64,000 bases of DNA from Octopus vulgaris (lineage: Eukaryota), in contig OX597840.1 in the NCBI GenBank assembly GCA_951406725.2, forward strand, positions 11,284,001 through 11,348,000. The letters run 5' to 3'. The translations under genes were made by a program, and so were the position numbers. This document shows, one piece after another, positions 28,028-40,775 of this stretch (position 1 is its first letter; each line of letters opens with the position of its first letter). A model generated the notes under the pieces. That model did no database searches. It worked only from the letters and a program-made list of their open reading frames with translations, and was not told the origin of the DNA.

Positions 28028-28110
28028 TTCTCGACATATGTTTCGAAGGCTGCATATTCCTAATTTCGAAGGAATAAGGGGTGCATTATGCCGCCTTCTC
28101 ATCAGGAAAA
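28028..28110 (-). ncRNA. Type I hammerhead ribozyme with canonical core, in TA-flanked element ~27829-28370
   Basis: UUUUC-CUGAUGA-GAAGGC...GCCUUC-GAAA-CAUAUG-UC-GAGAA: perfect 6-bp base of stem II, palindromic stem III, GUC cleavage triplet. Confidence 0.8.
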
Positions 28111-28420
28111 ACAAGGAACTTATGTCAATATATTTAGCATGCTTGAAGTGCCGATGCCTTAAAAAAAACTGGTAGTTTTATGAAGGTATTGGAACTTTAA
28201 GCATGCTAGAGATAGGTCGTTTTCGCCCTTGCTCCCTAATATAATTATATACATATGTATATTATTATTAATTTAATGTATAAATCGCCTATAAATTTTA
28301 TATAGCATGCGGACTACTTGATAAGAATCATTTAACGTGATTTTTATCATTATATTCTATATATATATATACAAAAAAATAAAAATATATATACATATAT
28401 ATATGTATGTATACACACAC

Positions 28421-28481
<61 letters not shown>

Positions 28482-28570
28482 AGAGAGAAATAGATATACA
28501 TACATATATGTATATATATACAATTACACACACGCATATATATATATATGTATATTTGTATGTATGTATG

Positions 28571-28640
<70 letters not shown>

Positions 28641-28675
28641 CATACATACATACATACATAAAGAAGGAAGCAGTC

Positions 28676-28990
28676 AGAATGATTACAAAAGGGGCTGATT
28701 GCCACATAGCTCAGATACCAGGAAACCCCAAAATGGCAGAAATGTAAAAGATAGTGCTCTCGGAAACTGCTCATATCCTATACAAAATACTTTCTATGTA
28801 ATCTCAAATTTTAAAATAAACATAATTTTCTTATGTTTCCTTAAACATTCACTAGTACAACACTATGTACAAAACCAAATATATGGCACCCTAGGCATAT
28901 CACCAACACGAACTTCCAACTTTGTTGTCTCTTGAGGTATCTGGGTGAGACTTGGAGCCAACTTGTACAAATATAAAGCAAAAGTCAATC

Positions 28991-28995
<5 letters not shown>
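28676..28995 (+). mobile_element. R4/Dong-like 3' end with (TAA)n tail
   Basis: [30 protein letters not shown] plus 3' UTR; homolog at 49545-49830. Confidence 0.8.
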
Positions 28996-29060
<65 letters not shown>

Positions 29061-29081
29061 TTATTCTTTTTACTTTTTTTA

Positions 29082-29247
29082 AGGCGCAGGAGTGGCTGTG
29101 TGGTAAGTAGCTTGCTAACCAACCACATGGTTCCGGGTTCAGTCCCACTGCGTGGCACCTTGGGCAAGTGTCTTCTACTATAGCCTCGGGCCGACCAATG
29201 CCTTGTGAGTGGATTTGGTAGACGGAAACTGAAAGAAGCCCGTCGTA

Positions 29248-29318
<71 letters not shown>

Positions 29319-29553
29319 GCGTGTGTGTGTTTGTGTGAGTGAGTTTGTCCCCCTAGCATTGCTTGACAACCGATGCTGCTGTGTTTATGTCCCCATTACT
29401 TAGCTGTTCGGCAAAAGAGACCGATAGAATAAGTACTGGGCTTACAAAAAGAATAAGTCCCGGGGTCGAGTTGAGTTGCTCGATTAAAAGGCGGTGCTCC
29501 TCCAGCATGGCCGCAGTCAAAATGACTGAAACAAGTAAAAGAGTAAAAGAGTA
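29082..29553 (+). mobile_element. SINE family B, full length
   Basis: Colinear with the other copies. Confidence 0.9.
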
Positions 29554-29627
<74 letters not shown>

Positions 29628-29929
29628 TTCTTTGGGGTTTGAATAGTTCACCTTTGGAAACACGGGTGGTTCTTTCAACATCCATAAACAACCCCTATTC
29701 AGGGACCGTTTGAGCCGGATGGGCTACTCAACCTGAAGAAAATTCTAACTGGGCCCCACCTGCAAGGTCATGTGCTGTTTATCTTGATATGAGATCACCA
29801 TGTCGCGCACATATGGTTGTGATGCATGTGCCTGGTGTACCCTTATCAGACGGGTAGTCATGATGGGTATATTGGGCTTCGTATATTTTACCCCAGTGTC
29901 ACTTTGATGGCATGCTCTCTCTCTCAGTC

Positions 29930-29994
<65 letters not shown>

Positions 29995-30006
29995 TAATAA
30001 TGATGA

Positions 30007-30092
<86 letters not shown>

Positions 30093-30111
30093 TATGATGA
30101 TGATAATGATA

Positions 30112-30202
<91 letters not shown>

Positions 30203-31247
30203 TGATGATAACCAACCACAACAACAACAACAGGTTTTATGTACACGTACGAAATAAACAAAATGGTTGAACTTTGTTTTTTCATTGGTTGATATTCTTT
30301 ACAAGTATGATTGAGGAGGACGAAACGGCATTTATCCATCAAGTATTTAACGTCTAAGTTAACTATCATATTACGGGCGAAATGCATTCATCTCGTTATT
30401 TTACACCTGATTCGTAACCCAAGCATCAAGCGGATGAAAAAAGAAGATGAAATAAGAAAAAAGAAAATCACGAAAGGCGGTGTTGTCGAATAGGTGGTGT
30501 GACAGCAGATTTCAAAATTGTTAAGATCTTGTTAAGCTTGTTAAGGTTTTGATACAATTGTAAATTGTGTGTCGCGAACTTAAATTGAATCTGATAACAG
30601 TCTAGAAAGAAAACGAGAGAAAAAAAACTGTTCTGACGTAAGTTAATTCCTGAAGAGTCTGGTCGATGTTGAACCTGCTTCGAAGAATGGTTGAAATAAC
30701 AAAACAACTGTACATGTAATTTAACATGCATTTGTGGAAAGAATTATGTAACAAAAACAAGATTGTATCAACAGAAGTGAAGCGAAGAACAGTAAAAAAA
30801 TGTGATAAAAGAGAAACAAAAAAAGGTTAAGAATAGCAGTACATTTTTTAGAGATAAAGTAGGGCGAAATGCCTACGTGGGGACCAGAAACTAAAACAGC
30901 AAAAGCAGAAAAGATATGTGGAGAGAAAAGCAGAGCGAAGGCCTCAAAGTAGAGACTGAAAAACGGAAAAAAAATTAACAACTGCTGAAAGGCAGTGTAT
31001 GTTATAGAGATAAAAAAATATAGGATTAAGGGCCTAGAAAGGGGGTTGAAAAGTAGAACATGTATAAAAAGAATATGGGACAGGATTCTAGAGTGGAAAC
31101 TAAAGTAAAAGCAGTAAAGAGGCTGCTATATGTTATATATTCTCTGAGAGAAAGTAGGGCGAAAACCATGAGAGATAATTGGAAAGTACAAAGCGACAGC
31201 AGGTATATTGGAGTGAAGGTGAGAGGTTAATTAGTTGAATAAAAGGT

Positions 31248-31635
31248 GGTGGGAGCACTCCGTCGGTTACGACGACGAGGGTTCCAGTTGATCCGAATCA
31301 ACGGAACAGCCTGCTCGTGAAATTAACGTGTAAGTGGCTGAGCACTCCACAGACACGTGTACCCTTAACGTAGTTCTCGGGGATATTCAGCGTGACACAG
31401 AGAGTGACAAGGCCGGCCCTTTGAAATACAGGTACAACAGAAACAGGAAGTAAGAGTGAGAGAAAGTTGTGGTGAAAGAGTACAGCAGGGATCACCACCA
31501 TCCCCTGCCGGAGTCTCGTGGAGCTTTTAGGTGTTGTCGCTCAATAAACACTCACAACGCCCGGTCTGGGAATCGAAACCGCGATCCTACGACCGCGAGT
31601 CCGCTGCCTTAACCACTGGGCCATTGCGCCTCCAC
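31248..31635 (-). mobile_element. SINE family C with 12-bp TSD
   Basis: TGAATAAAAGGT at 31236-31247 and 31636-31647. Confidence 0.92.
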
Positions 31636-31664
31636 TGAATAAAAGGTAATGAAGCGATGATATA

Positions 31665-32302
31665 TACGAGGTCTGATCAAGAAGCATTGGAACTGATGCT
31701 ATAAAAAGAAAACTACAACACATATCAATTCTCCATTTAATCTCCCTTTGTTCCTTCTCGAGCCATGCCAGGCTCATAAGGGCCGGTTTCCCGGTTTCCT
31801 TGGCGTATAGGTTCCCCACCTGGACGGGACGCCGGTCCATCACAGGTGAGCTGCAAGATGCAGGAGGAAAGAGTGAGAGAAAGTTGTGGCGAAAGAGTCA
31901 GCAGAAGTTTCGCCATTACTTTCTGCCAGAGCCGCGAGGAGCTTAGGTGTTTCGCTCATAAACACACACATCGTCCGGTCTGAGATTCAAACCCGCAATC
32001 CCTCGACTGCGAGTCCGCTGCTCTAACCACTAGGCCATGTGCCTCCACATTTAATCTCCTTTGAAGTAGTTCCATTCTGAGGTCACACACTTTGTCCAGC
32101 ATTGTTTCCATTGATGGAAGCATTCCTGGAGCACCATTTGGGAATTGGCGAGATGGATTTTGATTTTTGGAAGGAGGAAAAAGTCGGAAGGGACGAGATC
32201 CAGGGAATATAGTAGTCATCGGAAGTGGGGAATGTTGTGTTTGGTCAAAAAGTACTGCACAAGGTGCGCTGATTAGACAGGTGTGGTGTCATGATAGAGA
32301 TG
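31665..32302 (-). pseudogene. mariner transposon 3' part, interrupted by a SINE
   Basis: TIR-like TACGAGGTCTGATCAA. Minus-strand translation gives YSLDLVPSDFFLLPKIK and FQECFHQWKQCWTKCV. Confidence 0.8.
31750..32048 (-). mobile_element. SINE family D (tRNA head, V-domain-like block)
   Basis: TSD CATTTAATCTCC; central CCTGTGATGGACCGGCGTCCCGTCCAGG resembles the V-SINE domain. Confidence 0.85.
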
Positions 32303-32389
32303 CCTCTCACCGGATGCATGCAATTCTGTCCAATGACCACACCCTACACACTTTACTTCCAAGCACTGCTATAAGCAATAGAGCCCAGC

Positions 32390-33000
32390 GGTGAGCTGGC
32401 AGCATCGTTAGCGCGTTGGACGACGAAATGCTTAGCGATATTTCACCCATAAATCCTTAAATCCTTAAAAATGTTTTAGCCTGAAGGCCGCGGCCATGCT
32501 GGGGCACCGAGCTCAAATTCCACCGAGGTCGACTTTGCCTCTCATCCTTTCGGGGTCGATAAATTAAGTACCAGTTACGCACTGGGGTCGATGTAATCGA
32601 CTTAATACCTATGTCTGTCCTTGTTTGTCCCCTCTGTGTTTAGCCCCTTGTGGGTAGTAAAGAAATAGGTATTTCGTCTGCCGCTACGTTCTGGGTTCAA
32701 ATTCCGCCAAGGTCGACTTTGCCTTTCATCCTTTCGGGGTCGATAAATTAAGTACCAGTTACGCACTGGGGTCGATGTAATCGACTTAATCCGTTTGTCT
32801 GTCCTTATTTGTCCCCTCTGTGTTTAGCCCCTTGTGGGTAGTAAAGAAATAGGTATTTCGTCTGTCGTTACGTTCTCAGTTCAAATTCCGCCGAGGGTGA
32901 CTTTGCCTTTCATCTTTCCGGGATCGATAAATTAAGTACCAGTTGCCCCCCACCACCACCACCACCACCTAAATTTCAGGCGTTGTGCCTATAGCAGAAA
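32390..33000 (+). mobile_element. SINE family A tandem array, 184-bp period
   Basis: Junction GAAATAGGTATTTC at 32662 and 32846. Confidence 0.88.
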
Positions 33001-33596
33001 GGACTATAAGCAATGGAAGTGAGTGAGAACGTTATATCTTAGTGTGCGTGCGATACAGAGTTCAAGGTGCGACTTCACTCGGGTTACTTTAGCTCCGTTA
33101 CCAGAGCAACACTCCTGATACTTTTTAATCAGACGTCTCCATATATGGAGATAAAAGGTTATAATCCATTGATAAAACAACAAAGAAGTTGTATTTATGG
33201 TAAACACTTGTATGTTGAGGGTTCAGATATACTCCTTCTGCGAATCCAGAAGGCGATGTCTCTTGAGGCGGAAAAGCAGCTCTCACGGTAATTCAGACCT
33301 TTCTGCTTCAAAACCAGAACAACAAACAAGGGACACCCACCGATATAGACGACAAAACTCCTATTCAACAGTATAAACTTTTTCGGGGGTTCACGACACT
33401 CGGCCAAATGTTTCTACCATACTCAATGCTCCTTTCTGCTGTATTACTCGTCCTCCTCCACCCCTTGAGCCAAATGTAGTTCCGGCTTTCTTGGCGGCCC
33501 CCGACAATTTTCTGGTAACGTTTTTGTCTCCTTCGCAGCAAACATAAGACTCCTAAGCATCGAATAAACCCAACAAACCCTCTAACACCTACCTAT

Positions 33597-33813
33597 ACGA
33601 GGCTGGTGCTGAAAAGTGTCTAGCTTTAAGGATATCGCAAAAGGCCTGGCTCGAGGCCCAGCCTTCCGACTTCTTTCACAGAGCTTAGAAAAACTGAAGG
33701 ACCACAGCAATAAGTGTGTGAATCTGAGAGGGGATTATGTTCAATAAAATCATAATTAACTAATCCTTCTCTATATTCTTATACCCAAAGTTTGGAACTT
33801 TTCAGCAACCCCT
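33597..33813 (+). mobile_element. mariner-derived MITE (homolog ~60990-61210)
   Basis: TIRs GCTGAAAAGT / ACTTTTCAGC and remnant KLKDHSNKCVNLRGDYVQ*. Confidence 0.75.
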
Positions 33814-33922
33814 AATGCATGAAGAGAAATAGGGACGATAAACCAGAGATGGGACTGAAAATATAAAGTAAAGAGATAATATCTGCTCTGCAGAAAATCA
33901 AAAGACAAAACCCTAGATTGGA

Positions 33923-34262
33923 GGAGACCCCCTTCGGTCTTGAATGACCATGGGATTACACCTAGAAAGTTACCCTCCCAGGCACAAGTCCGGGCAAAGT
34001 TGTTTATGGAAGACCAGCAGTCGCCCATGCATACCAGCTTCTCCTCTCCACACCACTGATGTTATCCAAGGGAAAGGCAAAGGGGCCGATACAACTTGGC
34101 ACCAGTGATGTCACAACTCATTTCTACAGCTGAGTGAACTGGAGCAACGCGAAATAAAGTGTCTTGCTCAAGAACACAACACGCAGCCCGGTCGGGGAAT
34201 CGAACTCACAACCTCACAATCGTAAGCTCGACCCTCTAACCACTGAGCCATGCGCCTTCACA
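33923..34262 (-). mobile_element. SINE family E (tRNA-headed)
   Basis: Minus-strand TGGCTCAGTGGTTAGAG and GAGTTCGATTCC boxes, followed by CTTGAGCAAGACACTT. Confidence 0.8.
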
Positions 34263-34338
34263 AAACTCTAGAATAGGGATTGAAAATTAGCAAAGCAGCA
34301 CATATTATGTGGTGTGTCGTAGTCCTAGAAGGGGAACC

Positions 34339-34545
34339 TTAAAATACACACACACACAGAAGAAGAAGAAGAAGAAGAAGAAGAAGAAGAAGAAGAAGAA
34401 GAAGAAGAAGAAGAAGAAGAAGAAGAAGAAGAAGAAGAAGAAGAAGAAGAAGAAGAAGAAGAAGAAGAAGAAGAAGAAGAAGAAGAAGAAGAAGAAGAAG
34501 AAGAAGAAGAAGAAGAAGAAGAAGAAGAAGAAGAAGAAGAAGAAG
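34339..34545. repeat. Pure (GAA)n tract, ~200 bp
   Basis: Seen directly. Confidence 0.98.
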
Positions 34546-34975
34546 AGACAAGCGGGATGGAAGAGGTGCCGAGGAGGTCACATGTGTGTAACGAAAGATT
34601 TCCAAGCAATGGACATAAGATAAAATAAGAACAATAATAAACGAGTGAAGAACGAATATACAGTGCGTGTGTTTATTTGGCAAGAAAAAATGACCGTCCC
34701 GAAATATACCAGCAGCAAAGATGCATTGTGGAAATGTAGGGTGAATAGAAAACGAAGGAAATAGGAAATATGTAGTTCTTATATGGAAATAATGCGGTAC
34801 GGTGACCCAGGATGGTGGAGGCTTGGGGACATAGTATATAAATAAAAAGCCCTTAACGACTATACGAGAAACCTCCTCGGGACGGATACCACAGTTTTCT
34901 AGCTTTTTCCAATGTATCCACGATAAGTAGGATATACAGAATGCCCGTTCGTTTACGTTTTTACGATGGTAGGTT

Positions 34976-35662
34976 GTGGGTTCAAATTCCGCCGAGGTCG
35001 ACTTTGCCGTTCATACTTTCGGGGTCGATAAATTAAGTACCAGTTATGCACTGGTTTAATCGACTTCATACCTATGTCGATTTAATCGACTTCATACCTA
35101 TGTCCGTCCTTGTTTGTCCCCTCTGTGTTTAGCCCCTTGTAGGTAGTAAAGAAATAGGTATTTCGTCTGCCGTTACGTTCTGAGTTCAAATTCCGCCGAG
35201 GTCGACTTTGCCTTTCATCTTTTTGAGGTCGATAAATTAAGTACCAGTTACGCATTGGGGTCGATGTAATCGACTTAATACCTATGTCTGTCCTTGTTTG
35301 TCCCCTCTGTGTTTAGCCCCTTGTGGGTAGTAAAGAAATAGGTATTTCGTCTGCCGTTGCGTTTGACTTTGCCTTTCATCCTTTCGGGGTCGATAAATTA
35401 AGTCCAGTTACGCATTGGGGTCGATGTAATCGACTTAATACCTATGTCTGTCCTTGTTTGTCCCCTCTGTGTTTAGCCCCTTGTGGGTAGTAAAGAAATA
35501 GGTATTTCGTCTGCCGTTGCGTTCGACTTTGCCTTTCATCCTTTCGGGGTCGATAAATTAAGTCCAGTTACGCATTGGGGTCGATGTAATCGACTTAATA
35601 CCTATGTCTGTCCTTGTTTGTCCCCTCTGTGTTTAGCCCCTTGTGGGCAATAAAGAAATAGG
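34976..35662 (+). mobile_element. SINE family A tandem array, 4 units
   Basis: Junctions at 35151, 35335 and 35495; the last two units share a ~24-bp deletion. Confidence 0.9.
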
Positions 35663-35856
35663 TTGTGTGTGGAGAGAGAACATTTGGCTGCTATTTCTAA
35701 CGTGACGATGTGGCATGTGGAGGCTTTTTCTTTTTTTTTTCTTCTCCCCGTCGACGTCCGTCGTTTGATGAGAGTACAAACAGTTTGTGAGACAAGAGAC
35801 AAGAGGCAAAAAGACAAGCTGCTTTGAATTAAGTTATCAGCAGTCAGAAAACCGAA

Positions 35857-35896
<40 letters not shown>

Positions 35897-36575
35897 AAAT
35901 AAATATGGCGCTCTCGCAATAGATCATGTGACACCCGGCATTTCTCAGGCAAAAAAAAAAATGACATTAAAAAATCGAAAAGAAAATAAAAAAAAAAAAC
36001 ATATCGATAACAACCCTCAAAAAAAAATCAACATGACAACATCAACAACAACAACAACAACAACCGTATGTTATAATTGCTTTATGGTAATCTTGTAAGT
36101 GAGATCCATCTTTGAATAAGATTTTCGTTTCGCTACTTCAAATGTTATCTTTCCGCTTCCCTACCTCGAAAGTATCGCTTTCGAACGCTAAAATAACATC
36201 TTGTTTCCATCAGAGGCGCAAGCAAAAACCTTGTGTTTAAGAAGCCTGCATCGCAACCGCATGGTTCCGGATTCGATTTCACACCTCGCCATCTTGAGCG
36301 CTTTTTTTTTTTTTCCTTTTTTTCTTTTTTCCTTTTTTTTTTTTTTCGTTTTACTATATAGCCTCGAGTCACCCAGCTGAATCGTAATCTTCGAATGACA
36401 GAAATCCAACACTCACGCACACACACACACACACACACACAAAATATGTGTATATACCTCGAACCCGAGAGAGACAGAGACAGGCAGAAACAAGGAAAAT
36501 GCCACTTATATTTCAAAAAAATCTTTTAAAAAGACTTTTCTTTTAATTTTTCTAAATTTATTTATTTAATTGTTA

Positions 36576-36611
36576 CAGTTGAAAAAGTCTCAATGACTGA
36601 AACCGGTACTG
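36576..36611 (+). ncRNA. Minimal hammerhead-like motif, U3/A8 variant
   Basis: CAG-UUGAAAA-AGUC-UCAAU-GACU-GAAA-CCGG-UA-CUG: all three stems pair and stem III is palindromic. Lies ~90 bp upstream of a long (TA)n. Confidence 0.7.
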
Positions 36612-36718
36612 AAATGTTCTTTATAAAATTATTTTAGCATTTTCTATCCTGACTTGTTTTTTCATATATATCAACTCGTGTGTTCCTTTTCATCCTTATA
36701 CATACATACATACATATA

Positions 36719-36833
<115 letters not shown>

Positions 36834-37365
36834 TGACAGTTGAAATACTCCTGTCTCAAACTGGGACCTTGTAGACAGCTATAATGCAAGAAAGTATACT
36901 AGTCCCTTAATATTTGATATTCAATATTTCATCTATTCAATAAGACAATCAATATTTCATTTCATTTTACTACTATATATATTATTTATACTATATATTC
37001 TATATTCTACATTAATATTATAAAGAATATAAATAAAATATAAAAAACAAAGTTGGAATTTCTTTGAATTATATATATATATATATATATACAACTTATG
37101 GACTAACCCTGAAATCGGTCCGATATGGTAATAACGGAATTTTTTAGAAATTTCTGTCGACCTTTTTCGAGTAGCGTGCTTATTGTGATAAAAATTATAT
37201 GGTTATGGACAATGTGTCTAGTTTCGGCATATTTGGCATTAGAAATTTTTCGTTTGCCCTTCTTTATAAGTTGTTTATAAATTTAACCTTTAATGGTATT
37301 TTTTAATATGCTGGCCATTGATAAAATTTTTTTTTCGAAAAAAACTTTTATTCTGCATTAATATA

Positions 37366-37428
<63 letters not shown>

Positions 37429-37645
37429 ATATATATTTGAAAAAACAAATGAATAAAAATGGATTTTCTGACAATTTTTCCACTTCAATAACTAGATGTA
37501 TATAAATAAACATATAATTATTAAAATGGGAAAATTATCAAAAATGTCATTTCTATTCATTTTTCAAATATATAATACTAAACCAAGGACTTCCTTTTTC
37601 TTATTCTACAATGTATATATTTTTGTATGTATGCATGTATGTATG

Positions 37646-37717
<72 letters not shown>

Positions 37718-38239
37718 AATATATGTATGCGTATATATAATAATATAAATAATATATAAATATATACATATATACATACATATATGTACATACCTACATC
37801 TACATGTATATATACATGCATATATGGGTACAGTACATCAAAAAAACGTTGAACACAATGAGAGGTATGTATATATTTATATATATTTGTGTATGTATAA
37901 ATATTTATATATTTTCTTGGAATGGTGGATCCCGAACCATTAAAAGCTATATATTGGTTTAAAAGTCATTTTGCAAAAGTCGAAGGCGTCCCTTTGGGCA
38001 AATAACCACATCTCTAAGGACGACAGTCATAAGCAATATGGATGGATGGATGCATGGATCGATGGATCGATCGATCGATAGGCTGCATAAAGAATAGAAA
38101 ATGAAGCTGATGTATTATCGCAGATATACTCGCATGCGCACATGCACACACATACACACACACACACACAAACAAACATACATATGAACAGGCTATCATA
38201 AGCAGCATATTTGGTAGTATTATTGAGTTTAGTATATAC

Positions 38240-38299
<60 letters not shown>

Positions 38300-38373
38300 C
38301 ACATATATACATACATACAATTATGTATGTATATATATATATATATATATATATAAAGAAAGAAAGTTTAAGA

Positions 38374-38608
38374 CGGGTTTATAAGGTTACCCAGGGTTTT
38401 GCGCCCATAAAACGTTTAACTTTACACACGGCTCATCAGACCCTAATTGCCGATGGCTTATAACCTCTCTTCAAAACGGAGGGAGAAAAGGACTTTTTAA
38501 ACCGTTTTGAAGAGAGGTTATAGGCCAACGGCCATTGAGTTCTACTGAGGCGTTATAAACCTAAGCGCTTTATGGGCGTGAAACTCTGAATAAAGTTATA
38601 AGCCGGCC
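38374..38608. repeat. Diverged inverted repeat, ~105-bp arms, with hammerhead-like motif at 38382-38445 (minus)
   Basis: Inner arms TATAACCTCTCTTCAAAACGG / CCGTTTTGAAGAGAGGTTATA. Minus-strand motif UAGGGU-CUGAUGA-GC...GC-AAAA-CCCUGGG-UA-ACCUUA (G12 appears mutated). Confidence 0.7.
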
Positions 38609-38674
38609 AAACAGACACAGAATGACATGTTGAAAAGCATATAATAAATGCACAGAAGAATGCAAAATAGACAC

Positions 38675-39239
38675 GTGTGTGGAAGCACTCTCTCTCTAGC
38701 ACTCCGTCGGTTACGACGATGAGGGTTCCGGTTGATCCGATCAACGGAACAGCCTGCTCGTGAAATTAACGTGTAAGTGGCTGAGCACTCCACAGGCACG
38801 TGTACCCTTAATGTAGTTCTCGGGGATATTCAGCGTGACACAGAGAGTGACAAGGCCGGTCCTTTGAAATACAGGTACAACAGAAACAGGAAGTAAGAAT
38901 GAGAGAAAGTTGTGGTGAAAGAGTACAGCAGGGATCACCACCATCCCTGCCGGAGCCTCGTGGAGCTTTAGGTGTTTTCGCTCAATAAACACTCACAACG
39001 CCCGATCTGGGAATCGAAACCGCGATCCTACGACCGCGAGTCCGCTGCCCTAACCACTGGACCATTGCGCCTCCACAGGTGAAAGAGTACAGCAGGGTTC
39101 ACCACCATTCCCTGCCGGAGCCTCGTGGAGCTTTAGGTGTTTTCGCTCAATAAACACTCACAACGCCCGGTCTGGGAATCGAAACCGCGATCCTACGACC
39201 GTGAGTCCGCTGCCCTAACCACTGGGCCATTACGCCTCC
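38675..39239 (-). mobile_element. SINE family C with duplicated 5' ~160 bp
   Basis: TSD CAAAATAGACAC flanks the whole structure. Confidence 0.88.
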
Positions 39240-40155
39240 AAAATAGACACAGAAAGTCTCCAACTCCTTACCAGTTATTGGCCAGAGTCAAACGCAATAT
39301 ATACAGGATGGGTTTTAATTTTTAATAATTTCCTTAACCTTACAAATAATTTGTAAGAGTTAATGACACGGTTTTTGAAAGCTAAGTAAACCTTTTCTAT
39401 TTAAGATTTTTTAAAAGATGTTTTAAGAAGTTTTATTGTATTGTATTGTATACTATATAACTAATGATTGTTAATTTGATTCTATAATTATTTAGTTGTT
39501 GATGATATGTATTTAATTATTAGCTTATAACTGTACGTTATTTGTAAGATATTACTAAGCCAATGAGATAAATAGTTATACGGTTCTTTTAAGATAGGTT
39601 ATACGTTTTCAATTTGATTTTTAATCTTTAATTTTTTTAAATGTATTTCATAAATATATTATATTGATATCTATAATATTTATGTAAGTAATAATGGACT
39701 AATTAATTTATCTATTTTTCATTATATGTCTATGTATTTATTGATAGAGTAAATTTTAGATTTAATTACTATATTTGTTGATTATAATTTAGATACTTAT
39801 TTGTAAACATTTTATAATTATTAGATGCGAACTTAAATCTAAAAATATGAATAGTGATTATTTTGTTAAATAATATGGTAATTAAATATTGGACTATAAC
39901 TGAGTTAAGGATATTCGAGAGTTTATTGTGTTTTTTAAAGCCATATTATATCTTCATAGATAAATACATATTTCTATCTATTTTACCTTAAAAATAAATA
40001 TTTAACGTAATAAATGGGTTGTAGGAAATAATGCTAATGTTTTAAGTTTCTAATTTAGATAATGGAGTTTAATTATAAGAAAAATTATTATTTTATTTAT
40101 TTATTAAAAAATATTGTTTAACTCTATTTACTTTTTTATTTAACTATTATCATTA

Positions 40156-40253
40156 ACCTGAAGATTGACTATAATTTTAGTTCGAATTTATTTCAATTGA
40201 ATTTAAACTTAATTGTAATTCGAATTTAATAATAGCCATGAAACGTACGTAGT
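40156..40253 (+). ncRNA. Hammerhead-like motif with long stem II, near the end of a very AT-rich ~1-kb block
   Basis: AC-CUGAAGA-UUGACUAU...AUAGCCAU-GAAA-CGUACG-UA-GU; stem I is weak (2 bp). Confidence 0.6.
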
Positions 40254-40641
40254 GGTTTTACTTATTATATTATATTTATCATTCTTTTTATACTTTGTAT
40301 TATATACATACATACAAAAATATCCTGTTATTGATGTTAAAATTCCAATGAAGGAGTCTCGGATCTAGGTTAGAAACCGGTTCTTTCTCTATTGACAAGA
40401 AATCTTGATATAAAATGCATGACATACATACATACTTAAATAAATACATTCATACATACATACATAAACATACTTTTTAATAGAAATTTTGTTATTTTTT
40501 CATTCAGAACTCGAAGCGCAGCAGGAAACCTATGGTAGCAGACAAGCAAGAATGGTTATTCATCCACCTTCCCGGTGTTGAGTTTTCATTCTTCCATTTC
40601 GACTCTAACGTATGGTGAAAGAATTCTTGCTATTAGCGGTG

Positions 40642-40682
40642 ATGACGACGACGGCGGCGGTGGTGGTGGTGGTGGTGGTGGT

Positions 40683-40761
<79 letters not shown>

Positions 40762-40775
40762 GCGTTGGTGGTGGT
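40642..40775. repeat. (GAC)n-(GGT)n-(GGC)n compound trinucleotide tract
   Basis: Seen directly. Confidence 0.97.

Noticed and set aside
40340-40390. CCAAUGA...GAAACCGGUU, possible hammerhead
   Set aside because: The core is non-canonical and there is no stem I pairing.
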